Source: an uncultured Bacteroidota bacterium
GTDB taxonomy: Bacteria; Bacteroidota; Bacteroidia; Chitinophagales; Chitinophagaceae
NCBI GenBank assembly: GCA_963779325.1
Contig: CAVZXS010000011.1
Coordinates: 400,858-464,857, forward strand
Length of the DNA stretch: 64,000 nucleotides
Reading direction: 5' to 3'
The notes under the pieces are model-generated. The model was not told the origin of the DNA. It did no database searches and saw only the letters and a program-made list of their open reading frames with translations. Positions 38,280-48,111 of the stretch are shown piece after piece; positions within the stretch are counted from its first letter, which is position 1, and every line of letters starts with the position of its first letter. The translations under genes were made by a program, and so were the position numbers.

Positions 38280-39122
38280 ATGAAATTAACTTCAATCTTT
38301 ACTTTTCTTTCCGTTTCTGCAATTACTGTTTTAGTGTCTTGTAAAAAAGATGTGTCATCAGTTATTGCCGATGTGGAAACCACCTTTCAATTGAGCGAAA
38401 ATCAGGCGACTTCCGAAGCGTTACAGGATGATGCCAATGCCATTTTCTTTGAGGCCGCTACCGATAAAGGTTTGTTGGGAGCCCGTACTTCAGAGACGGT
38501 TCAAACAACCAATACACTGAGCTGCGCTGCGGTAACCGTAACACCGGCTGTCGGGTTTCCTAAAACTATTGTTGTTGACTTTGGTGCAGGTTGTGCATCT
38601 GCAGACGGTATCAACCGCAGCGGAAAAATCAATATTGTGTTATCTGATTCTGTGCGTAAAACCGGCAGTAATGCGGTAATTACTTTTACCAATTATTTTT
38701 CGGCAGGCTTCAAAGTAGAAGGCACCATTACATGGACCAATACATCTACACCTAATGCAATAAGCTGGACAAGACAGATTGCCAACGGTAAGATTACAGG
38801 ACCCAATGCCTATTACTGGCTGCATACAGGAACAAAGTCTATTACGCAAACAGCAGGCGCTTCTACCCCGTTGAATATATTGGATGATGTATTCTCTGTT
38901 ACGGGAAATCATACCGTAACCAATCCTTCAGGTAAAAGCAGAACAGCTACTATTACTGAAGCATTGGAAAAGAAAACTGTTTGTCATAATATAACCAAAG
39001 GAAAAATAAAAATAGAAGGCCCGGCGCACTTTGCTATACTTGATTATGGCGACGGCACTTGCGACAGGCAGGCTACCATTTCAATTGACGGCAGAACGCC
39101 GAGAACTATTTTACTTCCATAA
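38280..39122 (+). CDS. hypothetical lipoprotein (paralog of 21461..22435)
   Basis: 280 aa; lipobox LVSC; shared motifs with 21461 protein. Confidence 0.5.
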   Translation: MKLTSIFTFLSVSAITVLVSCKKDVSSVIADVETTFQLSENQATSEALQDDANAIFFEAATDKGLLGARTSETVQTTNTLSCAAVTVTPAVGFPKTIVVDFGAGCASADGINRSGKINIVLSDSVRKTGSNAVITFTNYFSAGFKVEGTITWTNTSTPNAISWTRQIANGKITGPNAYYWLHTGTKSITQTAGASTPLNILDDVFSVTGNHTVTNPSGKSRTATITEALEKKTVCHNITKGKIKIEGPAHFAILDYGDGTCDRQATISIDGRTPRTILLP

Positions 39123-39253
39123 AAAGATTATACCCTGATTAATAAAGCCGTGAAGAAAATTCTTCGCGGCTTTTATTTTTAAAATAAAAAGCCCCGGGGC
39201 GCCACCACCCCGGGAACTTTTGTATTTAAAATGGAGTACGTATTTTTTTAAAA

Positions 39254-39532
39254 TTAAGCCCTCGCCTGCCGCAATACATTTTTCGTATGTATATCATTTA
39301 ATATACCGTTGACGACTTTAATCTCTTTGCACAAAAAAATTATTTCCTTCGTGTTTTCACCAATACTCAGGCAGTTCAATAATTCTTTCAGCATGGAAAG
39401 CCGGTCGTCATAATATACTTCCATTGTTTCAATGGAGTCGGCCAGGATATGCGTTTGTAAAGTTTTCGGCGGGGACTTTTTAGAATTTTCAATTACAACT
39501 TTTTTCAGTTGCTGCAGTCGCTGCTGTTTCAT
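39254..39532 (-). CDS. hypothetical protein
   Basis: 92-aa ORF, no motif. Confidence 0.35.
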   Translation of the reverse strand: MKQQRLQQLKKVVIENSKKSPPKTLQTHILADSIETMEVYYDDRLSMLKELLNCLSIGENTKEIIFLCKEIKVVNGILNDIHTKNVLRQARA

Positions 39533-39696
39533 AATTAAAAAAATTACAGGTTAACAAAATAAGGTTTAATGCCTGCCCGACTGACGTCGTTCAGGCGGGG
39601 TCAATGGTCAACTATTTTAAGAACTTCTTTTAACAACCCAAAGTTGGGAGCTTAGAGCTTCCGTAACAAGAGCAGCCGTACTGATTTTTAAACGTA

Positions 39697-40278
39697 GTGC
39701 TGCCTTTAAAAAAACGTAGTTCTACTTATGGCAGTCCATGCGGGGTTGTATACTTTTACTGTAAATCGTTAATCTTAAAATTTATTATTATGAGAATGCA
39801 ACCAACAATTTGTAAAATTTCCTTCCTGCTTGTTTTATCAGTAATCGTTTTATCCTCCTGCGATAATGAAAACGGCACAGGTGTTAATATTCCCAACCCT
39901 AAAGACACATCGGCCCTGGGCAGGATCAATCATTTTATCCCGCAGGATGAAATAGAAAGATTTAAAAAAGATTATATGGTAGTTCGTGACAGCCTGGCCC
40001 GTTCCAACCCCGATTTTTTTATTCCCCTTACAGAAGCATTTAATAAACAAGCTCTGCTTGATTTATTGAAAGACCCTAAAAACGTAGGCCTGAAAATTTA
40101 TTACGGTGTAAAAACAGGTAAGAGAAAAGAACTCCGCATGATCATTGTGGGCGTAGATGAACAAGGCAATGATTTATACCTAATCGGAGGCGAAAAATCT
40201 GCAGTGGCAGCCCAAGTAACAGGTGGCGGCGGTAAAGGTGGTTTAGAATACGGCCAATGTCCTCCCTGCGAAGAATAA
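39697..40278 (+). CDS. hypothetical lipoprotein (likely start at Met 39790, MRMQPTICKISFLLVLSVIVLSSC)
   Basis: signal peptide with lipobox LSSC; C-terminus GQCPPCEE. Confidence 0.45.
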   Translation: MLPLKKRSSTYGSPCGVVYFYCKSLILKFIIMRMQPTICKISFLLVLSVIVLSSCDNENGTGVNIPNPKDTSALGRINHFIPQDEIERFKKDYMVVRDSLARSNPDFFIPLTEAFNKQALLDLLKDPKNVGLKIYYGVKTGKRKELRMIIVGVDEQGNDLYLIGGEKSAVAAQVTGGGGKGGLEYGQCPPCEE

Positions 40279-40327
40279 TCTGTTAGTGACAGGTTTTATA
40301 TATTGAAAGAACTGTAACAGAGAAAAC

Positions 40328-41002
40328 ATGAACGATACCATTCGCTTTATTCTAAGCCTTAGTATATTACCCGCGACAGTTATAGGGGCGGTAAAATTCC
40401 GTAAGATGGATCCGTCTTACCGCCTCTTTATATATTATATATTTTTTGTTCTGGGCTTTGAGGTATTTGTGTATTCCCTGATGCGCCTTGCCGAACAACA
40501 GGCGGCGTTTAGTACCCTGGGAGTTTCTTATAATATATACGCTATTGCAGAATTCAGTTTTCTTACATGGGTATTCCATAAATGGGGCTTATTCAATAAC
40601 AATCAAAAAGTTTTTCTTTCCATCATAGTTGTTTTCCTGTTATCGTGGTTTCTCTCCACTTTACTTATTAAGGGATTTTATAAAAGGAATCACTATTTTG
40701 CCATCGCCTATTCATTTGCATTGATTTTTTTCAGCATTTCGGCATTCAACAAGCTGGTGGTGCAGGAACGCAAATCCATGTTGAGAAATCCTAAATTTTG
40801 GATTTGCCTCGGCATTGTTATTTTCTTCAGTTATTTTGCTATAAGCAGTTCTGTAAAAATTCTGATATTTCGAAATGATGACAATAAAGAATTTTTTGAT
40901 AAACTTCAAGATATAAATGTTTACGCAAATCTCTTAGCAAATCTGCTGTATGCTGCAGCTATATTATGGATACCCAACAAAAAGAATTTTATAACTCGTT
41001 GA
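40328..41002 (+). CDS. polytopic membrane protein (6 predicted TM helices), possibly the sensor domain of the downstream histidine kinase
   Basis: 224 aa hydrophobic; overlaps start of 40966..41712 by 37 nt in another frame. Confidence 0.45.
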   Translation: MNDTIRFILSLSILPATVIGAVKFRKMDPSYRLFIYYIFFVLGFEVFVYSLMRLAEQQAAFSTLGVSYNIYAIAEFSFLTWVFHKWGLFNNNQKVFLSIIVVFLLSWFLSTLLIKGFYKRNHYFAIAYSFALIFFSISAFNKLVVQERKSMLRNPKFWICLGIVIFFSYFAISSSVKILIFRNDDNKEFFDKLQDINVYANLLANLLYAAAILWIPNKKNFITR

Positions 41003-41712
41003 TGATTGTTGTAGTGGTGGTGGGTATCATATTACTCTTCTTCATCATTACCATCATTCGTTACCAGCGAAAAACAATGCGCTGGAACAAGGAGAAAATA
41101 CGTGCCGAAATAGATACATTGGAAAATGAACGCCGCCGCATTGCCGCCGATTTGCACGATGAACTGGGGCCTTTGCTTTCAGCAGTTAAATTGCAAATTA
41201 ATAACTTAGATACCAACAATGCGGATGATAAAATTATTATTGATAAATCCAGTCACTACATTGATAATATTATTGGTAAGCTGCGGGAAATTTCCAACAA
41301 CCTGATGCCCAATACGCTTTTACGCAAAGGGTTAAAAAAAGCGATGGAAGAGTTTTTGGAAAGCAGCAGCCGGTTGTATAAGATGGAAATAAAATTTACC
41401 TGCGATGACAACCTGCAGCTTGATCAGCAACAGGAAATAAATATTTACCGCATTCTGCAGGAGATATTTCACAATACAATAAAACATGCAGAAGCCACTT
41501 GCCTCATTATACGGATGACGGCGGAAAACAACCGGCTGATAATAGTAACGGCCGATAACGGGCAGGGCTTTGATTATTCTACAAAATCGAGAGAAGTTTC
41601 GGGCCTCGGGCTTCGTAACTTGCAGAGCAGGGCCGAGGTACTGGGCGGAGAAGTGGCCTGCTCCTCCGAACCCGGCAAAGGAACTATGTATACTTTCGAA
41701 ATTCCTGTTTAA
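40966..41712 (+). CDS. sensor histidine kinase (HisKA_3/NarL-type partner)
   Basis: one TM then H-box IAADLHDELGP, N/G-box region NTIKHAEAT..DNGQGFD, GLGLRNLQSRAEVLGG. Confidence 0.75.
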   Translation: MDTQQKEFYNSLMIVVVVVGIILLFFIITIIRYQRKTMRWNKEKIRAEIDTLENERRRIAADLHDELGPLLSAVKLQINNLDTNNADDKIIIDKSSHYIDNIIGKLREISNNLMPNTLLRKGLKKAMEEFLESSSRLYKMEIKFTCDDNLQLDQQQEINIYRILQEIFHNTIKHAEATCLIIRMTAENNRLIIVTADNGQGFDYSTKSREVSGLGLRNLQSRAEVLGGEVACSSEPGKGTMYTFEIPV

Positions 41713-41735
41713 TTTTTTTGTAGTTTAGCTTTAGT

Positions 41736-42407
41736 ATGACTAACACCCCTATCATTAAAATAATTGTAGCAGACGATCATGAAATTTTTCGTGACGGCCT
41801 TCGAATGATGCTGCTTAAGCAAGCCGATATAGAATTGGTAGCCGAAGCTGAGGACGGAAAGGAACTGATAGAGAAAATAAAAGTCTTTTTACCCGACGTA
41901 GTTATTACCGATATAAAAATGCCCCGCATGGACGGCATAGCGGCTACCCGCCACATTACAGAGCATTATCCATCCATCGGTATCATTGCACTTACCATGT
42001 TTGATGAGGATGACCTGATTGTAGACATGATGGAAGCCGGCGCCAAAGGTTATTTATTAAAAAACGCCGATAAAAATGAAATGGTGAATGCCATTAAGTC
42101 CGTGTATACACAGGAACCCTACTATTGCAAACACACTTCGCAGCGCTTGGCGCAAATGGTTGCTAAAAGCAAGTTTAATCCTTACAAGCAATCAGCAAAG
42201 CCTGAGTTTAACGAAAGAGAAGTGGAAATAATTTGTTTTATCTGCGACGGTTTGACAAATAAAGAGATAGCAGCAAAAATATTTTTGAGTGTGAGAACGG
42301 TAGAAGGTCTCCGTATGAAAATATTGGAAAAAATGAACGTAAAGAACACAGCGGGTATTATTATTTATGCCATAAAGAATAATCTGTATACCGCCGCAAA
42401 AATCTGA
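41736..42407 (+). CDS. LuxR/NarL-family two-component response regulator
   Basis: REC domain (IIVADDHEIFRDGL..DIKMPRMDG) plus C-terminal LuxR HTH (LTNKEIAAKIFLSVRTVEGL). Confidence 0.85.
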   Translation: MTNTPIIKIIVADDHEIFRDGLRMMLLKQADIELVAEAEDGKELIEKIKVFLPDVVITDIKMPRMDGIAATRHITEHYPSIGIIALTMFDEDDLIVDMMEAGAKGYLLKNADKNEMVNAIKSVYTQEPYYCKHTSQRLAQMVAKSKFNPYKQSAKPEFNEREVEIICFICDGLTNKEIAAKIFLSVRTVEGLRMKILEKMNVKNTAGIIIYAIKNNLYTAAKI

Positions 42408-42441
42408 GAGTTGCCGTATCTTTGCCCGCTATATACAGCAT

Positions 42442-43437
42442 ATGACACCTGATCAGCTTACGTATCTCATTTTCGGAATTTTATTAGTACTCGCACTTGT
42501 CTTCGACTTAGGCCTGCTAAGCAAGAAAAATCAAACCATTACTATTAAACAGGCCCTGTATCAAACTTTTTTTTGGGTAACGCTTGCGTTGGGGTTTTTT
42601 GTTTTTATGTGGATTGAAAACGGGCAGAAAGCGGCGTTGGAATATATAAGCGCCTACCTGATGGAGTGGAGCCTCAGCATTGATAATATTTTTGTATTCA
42701 TTCTTATCTTCTCCGCATTTTCGGTAAAAGAAAAATATTATGGCCGTGTACTACTGATCGGCATTTTAATGGCCATTGTTTTTCGTATTATTTTTATTAC
42801 CGTAGGCGTAGCCTTAGTCGATCGTTTCAGTTTCATATTGTATATTTTCGGCGCATTTCTTTTATACACGGGTTATAAAATGTTTACCGCTACCGAAGAT
42901 GAAGAATTTAAACCGCAGGAAAGCAAGATATATAAGTTCATAAAAAAATTTGTTCCGCTGGTTCCGCACGACGGTGACGGACGCTATCGCATTATTGAAA
43001 ACGGCAAACCGGCTTACACTACATTATTCGCGGTCATCATTATGCTGGCGGCTATTGATTTGGTATTTGCATTAGATTCTATTCCCGCCGTACTGGGCAT
43101 AGTAGACAACTCGGAGGAGCATAAAAATATTGCCCGACTGGTGATTTACACTTCTAATATTTTCGCCGTATTGGGATTGCGTTCATTATTTTTCCTGCTT
43201 CGCGGCGCTGTAAGTAAGTTCGATTATTTACAACAGGGCATCGCCATCGTATTAATTTTTATTGGTTTAAAAATGCTGGGCGAACATTGGATTAATGAAT
43301 GGGTAGATAAAACCACCCAGGTATTTATTTCGCTGGGCGTAATATTAGTTTGTATTTCGGGCTCTATATTTTATTCCATTTTTGCAGAGAAGAAAGGAGA
43401 ACCCGCCGATGTGGTGGATGATTCTTTACGCAAGTAA
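42442..43437 (+). CDS. TerC-family integral membrane protein
   Basis: 331 aa; paired SIDN-type motifs (EWSLSIDNIFVF / LDSIPAVLGI) and multi-TM topology. Confidence 0.75.
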   Translation: MTPDQLTYLIFGILLVLALVFDLGLLSKKNQTITIKQALYQTFFWVTLALGFFVFMWIENGQKAALEYISAYLMEWSLSIDNIFVFILIFSAFSVKEKYYGRVLLIGILMAIVFRIIFITVGVALVDRFSFILYIFGAFLLYTGYKMFTATEDEEFKPQESKIYKFIKKFVPLVPHDGDGRYRIIENGKPAYTTLFAVIIMLAAIDLVFALDSIPAVLGIVDNSEEHKNIARLVIYTSNIFAVLGLRSLFFLLRGAVSKFDYLQQGIAIVLIFIGLKMLGEHWINEWVDKTTQVFISLGVILVCISGSIFYSIFAEKKGEPADVVDDSLRK

Positions 43438-43495
43438 AATATTGTTTACCGGTTTCGTAACAAGCATTAAACTTTTCAGGAAATTAATTTATTAA

Positions 43496-45991
43496 ATGAT
43501 AACGGACTCCCGGCCGTACATGATTTATACAATTGAACATATAGCAACCGTAACCGGCGGCGACGCCCGCCTGATAAATACTGAAAGCGTAATAGAACAT
43601 TTATTACTTGACAGCCGTAAAGTATATTCACCCGCAACTTCTTTATTCATCGCTATTAAAGGCCCCCGCCGGGACGGACATTTATTTATAAAAGATTTGT
43701 ACCGGCTGGGTGTAAGAAATTTTATTGTAAGCGAAGTAATCCCACCGGAAGATTTCGCCGACGCCAATTTTATTACAGTACACGACACGTTGGCGGCATT
43801 ACAACAAATAACCTTGCATCATCGCAGGCGGTTTTCGCTACCCGTTATCGGTATTACGGGCAGCAACGGAAAAACAATTGTAAAAGAATGGCTCTATCAA
43901 TTACTGCACGACGATTATATAATTGTACGCAGTCCTAAAAGTTATAACTCACAAATAGGTGTGCCGCTGAGTGTGTGGCAAATAAACGAGCGTCATACAT
44001 TGGGCATTTTCGAAGCGGGTATTTCGCAACCGGGAGAAATGGAAAAACTTCAATCAATCATTTTACCGACTATCGGCGTACTCACAAATATAGGTGAAGC
44101 GCATAGTGAAGGATTTTCTTCGCTGAGCGAAAAACTAAATGAGAAACTGAAACTCTTTACCGCCTCCGATATTATTATTGCCTGCAATGATAATGAAGAA
44201 ATAAACAGAGGCTTGGCTGCCACGGAAAGAAAATTATTTACTTGGGGTAAAAGTAAAAAAGCCGATATAGAAATCACATCTGTTTTAAAGCAATTACATC
44301 ATACGGACATAAATCTGCTGTTTAGATCACAGCCCTTGCATTTTACCATTCCCTTTACCGATGATGCGTCTATCGAAAATGCACTGACCTGCTGCGCCGT
44401 ATTACTTTATTTAAATGTGTCGTTTGAAAATATTGCGACGGGAATGAGCCTGCTGCAGCCCGTAAATATGCGGCTGGAACTGAAAAAAGGAATCAATAAT
44501 TGCGCCGTTATTAACGACAGTTACAGCGCCGATTTAAGTTCGCTGGATATAGCGCTCAATTTTTTACACAACCAAAGTGCCGGAACCAAAAAAACAGTTA
44601 TACTTTCTGATTTTTTGCAAAGCGGCCTGGCCGAAGATGAATTATACAAACAAATTGCCGCTGCATTACAACAACATGGAGTACATACAATAATCGGCAT
44701 CGGAGAAAAAATATCGAACCGGCTTCCCGTCGCTTTATCTTCCGCAGCCATACAGCAAGATTATTTTACCAATACAGAATCTTTTATTCAGCACTATCGT
44801 TTTTCGCAGTTGAAAGATGAGACGATACTGATAAAAGGCGCCAGGATTTTTGAGTTCGAAAAAATTGTTCGCCTGCTGGAACAGAAAGCTCACCAAACAG
44901 TATTGGAAATTAATTTAACCGCTATAGCGCATAACCTGAATCAGTACAGGCAATTGCTGAAACCCGGCACCAAAATAATGGCTATGGTAAAAGCTTTTGC
45001 TTACGGAAGCGGCGGCGCCGAAATAGCCGGTGTAATGCAATACCACAAAGCAGATTACCTGGGTGTAGCCTACGCCGATGAAGGTGTTGAATTACGAAAA
45101 GCGGGCATTACTTTACCGATAATGGTGATGAATCCCGAAGTAAATACATTTGATGTAATAACCGATCATAATCTTGAACCGGAAATTTATTCTTTTGAAT
45201 TACTAAAAGAGTTTGACAACTATTTACAACGGGAGGCGGTTACCGAATACCCTGTACACATAGAAATTGAAACCGGGATGAATCGTCTCGGTTTTAACCC
45301 TGATGAAATTAACCGGCTGATTACTTTTTTAAAAGGCACTTCTTCATTTAAAGTACAATCTGTTTTTACACACTTAGCCGCCGGCGAAGACGCCGCGCAG
45401 GACGAATTTACACTGCAACAAGCCGACAAGTTTAAATCGGCTGCGGAGCAATTAAAAAATTCGTTGGGGTATAGTTTTATGAGTCATATTTCAAACTCGG
45501 CGGCTATACTTCGTCATCCGCAATTGCAAATGGACATGGTGCGCTTGGGCATTGGTTTATACGGCATAGATGCAGGCAATACAGGAAAACTTAATTTGCA
45601 AACCGTGGCTACGCTTAAATCCACCATTGCGCAATTAAAAAAATTAAAAGCCGGCGATACGGTTAGTTACAACAGGAAAGGCGTAATAGCCAACGACACA
45701 TTGATTGCTACAGTACGCATAGGTTATGCCGATGGTTTCAGCAGGCGGTTGGGGAACGGTGTCGGAAAAATTTTTGTAAAGAACAAGCAGGTACCCGTTG
45801 CAGGTACGGTATGTATGGATATGGTAATGATTGACGTAACGAATATTGCCGGTGTAAAAGAAGGGGATGATGTAATCATCTTTGGAAAAGAATTACCGGT
45901 ACAGCAGGTAGCTGCATGGGCGGGTACTATACCTTATGAAATAATGACCGGCATTTCGCAAAGAGTTAAAAGAGTTTATTACGAGGAATAA
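43496..45991 (+). CDS. bifunctional UDP-N-acetylmuramoyl-tripeptide--D-alanyl-D-alanine ligase (MurF) / alanine racemase fusion
   Basis: N-terminal Mur ligase GITGSNGKT P-loop; C-terminal racemase PLP-lysine motif AMVKAFAYGSG and ..YGID.. Confidence 0.85.
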   Translation: MITDSRPYMIYTIEHIATVTGGDARLINTESVIEHLLLDSRKVYSPATSLFIAIKGPRRDGHLFIKDLYRLGVRNFIVSEVIPPEDFADANFITVHDTLAALQQITLHHRRRFSLPVIGITGSNGKTIVKEWLYQLLHDDYIIVRSPKSYNSQIGVPLSVWQINERHTLGIFEAGISQPGEMEKLQSIILPTIGVLTNIGEAHSEGFSSLSEKLNEKLKLFTASDIIIACNDNEEINRGLAATERKLFTWGKSKKADIEITSVLKQLHHTDINLLFRSQPLHFTIPFTDDASIENALTCCAVLLYLNVSFENIATGMSLLQPVNMRLELKKGINNCAVINDSYSADLSSLDIALNFLHNQSAGTKKTVILSDFLQSGLAEDELYKQIAAALQQHGVHTIIGIGEKISNRLPVALSSAAIQQDYFTNTESFIQHYRFSQLKDETILIKGARIFEFEKIVRLLEQKAHQTVLEINLTAIAHNLNQYRQLLKPGTKIMAMVKAFAYGSGGAEIAGVMQYHKADYLGVAYADEGVELRKAGITLPIMVMNPEVNTFDVITDHNLEPEIYSFELLKEFDNYLQREAVTEYPVHIEIETGMNRLGFNPDEINRLITFLKGTSSFKVQSVFTHLAAGEDAAQDEFTLQQADKFKSAAEQLKNSLGYSFMSHISNSAAILRHPQLQMDMVRLGIGLYGIDAGNTGKLNLQTVATLKSTIAQLKKLKAGDTVSYNRKGVIANDTLIATVRIGYADGFSRRLGNGVGKIFVKNKQVPVAGTVCMDMVMIDVTNIAGVKEGDDVIIFGKELPVQQVAAWAGTIPYEIMTGISQRVKRVYYEE

Positions 45992-46021
45992 AAATCGATG
46001 TATACTGCCGGATGTTTCTTC

Positions 46022-47839
46022 TCAGTCAAAATCTTTAAATACTTCCAGCAGGTATTTCTTTCCTCCGTTCAATACTTGTATATAGTAGCTTCCTTCGGCC
46101 AGCATATTAAGGCCTGTTATCGAAAGAGTATCGTCCCGTTTTTTATCGGCGTATACCAAATTTATTATTCGTTGGGCCCGGTAGTCGTAAAGGTTCACAT
46201 TAATTTCTCCGGGCATATCAATAAGCATCTTAACGGTAATATCAGAGGTAAACACTTCCTTTTCCATTTTAAACCCGGTTAGCCCCGGCGCTATATTTCT
46301 CCTCATTCGGAACAAAGGAGTATGATCGGTATGATTATCCGCTTCAATAATTTTAATACGATAATAGCAGCTTTGCAATGCAGGAGACAAAGTACTGTCC
46401 TTAAATGTGCAATTTCCTTCAATGCATTCCTTTGCCTGTTTTTGTCCCGCCACTTCAAACAAAACGCCGTCGTTGCTTCTTTCTATCGAAAACAGCTTTG
46501 CATTGTTATAGTTTAATGTATTCCAGGAAAGATCGATAGCTTCTCCATTTTCAACCGCGGTAAAATGCTGAATAAGCACGGGTGAAGAACTGAATCTTCG
46601 TACACTGAAATTAGCTACTGAAAAAGTACCGCTAGTACTGGCCATATCAACATAAGTTAGTTTCACGCTGTCCGTAAAGCCTTTAAAAAAAACAGTGATC
46701 GCCATATCAAGGGAAGAAGGTATCAGGTAATCATTGCCCGCATCGGTAAACCCGTCACTGTATATTTCATTAGTTTCATCATTGAATTCATAAAAATGAT
46801 TGTCCGTTATATTAGAAACGGAAAAAGAAACCGGCATTCCTTTACGAAAGCCTTCAATTTTTACTTTGTCGCCGCCGTCAATATCAATTAATTGAAAACT
46901 TAAATTCTCCACTACTGAATCTGTTTTCACAGTAAGTACAATCGGGTTGCCGGGTCCCACTTCCACATCATCATGACCAAGTCGCAAACCTGTAATGGAA
47001 GCTTCGTGCAAATTATTAATACCAATCATTTGCGGAACAGTACCCGAAACCCTGAATGCCATTTCCCTGCTGCCGATTTTCATTTTTCTTATAATATCAG
47101 TAACATTGGCAAACCCATTAGCACCGTAATAGGTATTAAAATCTATGTAATCCCTCAGCTCGGAAGAAGAAGGCAGAGGTTTCACAATTCGAACCACGTA
47201 ATCTTCTACCTCACCGGTTTTTACTTCACCGTCGGGGAATTCCAAATCCTGCTCATAATCTTTTTTACAGGTGCGTATCCTGGCATAGGTCAGTTTCGAG
47301 TTAAGTTTAAAAGGCAAAATCCAGTTCAATGAAACGTTACTGCCGCCGCTGTACGAGGCAGCAGCTTTTTCAGTACTCTCAAATTTTCCATTTCCGTTAA
47401 AGTCAATCCAACCTCTTACGGGGTCACCTTCTTCGGCATCTTTTACGGGAATATTTATGGTGTACTTATCGTTTTCGGCCAATATTTCAGGAAGAAATAC
47501 AGTTAATGAAGAATCAGCTTCAGGGCCGGCGGTAGCCATGGTATTTTTAAATGCATCTTCGTCACTACCCCACGAAGCATTATCGGCGGTAGCAAATATT
47601 CTTTCGTCAATATAAGCTGTATCCGTTCCGTCATTGTTGCCTCTTTTAGAACCGAAATAGGGACCCTGTTCAGGTTTATAATGAATCGCGGCGCCGTACG
47701 ATTCAGGGGCATCGCCCTTATCGGAAGTACGGTTAAGAATGTTTCGTTGGTATAAATCGACCCCCAAGCCGGCTAAAGCCAGTGCGATTAAGCCGAAAAA
47801 AATATGTTTGCTCAAGGGATGATCAGATTTGGTTTGCAA
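46022..47839 (-). CDS. secreted protein with GEVED-like motif and T9SS C-terminal sorting domain
   Basis: 605 aa; signal peptide; KTGEVEDYVVRIV motif; C-terminal ~80 aa (..NVNLYDYRAQRIINLVYADKK..GSYYIQVLNGGKKYLLEVFK) fits the Por secretion tail pattern. Confidence 0.5.
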   Translation of the reverse strand: MQTKSDHPLSKHIFFGLIALALAGLGVDLYQRNILNRTSDKGDAPESYGAAIHYKPEQGPYFGSKRGNNDGTDTAYIDERIFATADNASWGSDEDAFKNTMATAGPEADSSLTVFLPEILAENDKYTINIPVKDAEEGDPVRGWIDFNGNGKFESTEKAAASYSGGSNVSLNWILPFKLNSKLTYARIRTCKKDYEQDLEFPDGEVKTGEVEDYVVRIVKPLPSSSELRDYIDFNTYYGANGFANVTDIIRKMKIGSREMAFRVSGTVPQMIGINNLHEASITGLRLGHDDVEVGPGNPIVLTVKTDSVVENLSFQLIDIDGGDKVKIEGFRKGMPVSFSVSNITDNHFYEFNDETNEIYSDGFTDAGNDYLIPSSLDMAITVFFKGFTDSVKLTYVDMASTSGTFSVANFSVRRFSSSPVLIQHFTAVENGEAIDLSWNTLNYNNAKLFSIERSNDGVLFEVAGQKQAKECIEGNCTFKDSTLSPALQSCYYRIKIIEADNHTDHTPLFRMRRNIAPGLTGFKMEKEVFTSDITVKMLIDMPGEINVNLYDYRAQRIINLVYADKKRDDTLSITGLNMLAEGSYYIQVLNGGKKYLLEVFKDFD

Positions 47840-48111
47840 TAATGTTTAAAAAACGATTTTACCGGTATTTTAGTGTGTTTAGTCTTAATATAACTACCCC
47901 CTTCGAAATAGCAGGGAAATTTATTGAAAAAAGGCAATAAATACAGGCTATTTTGTGTTTTATTCAGTGCTGTAAAAGCCGGTTTTAAAAAAGGTGGCCT
48001 GAATAGTTTAGCCGCATACTTTTTATCGGTATTTTGAGCCATATTTATTTACGGATTTATTTCATAATCGCGAAATTTATCCTTTAAATCCAAACTATTC
48101 TGAACTCAGTA

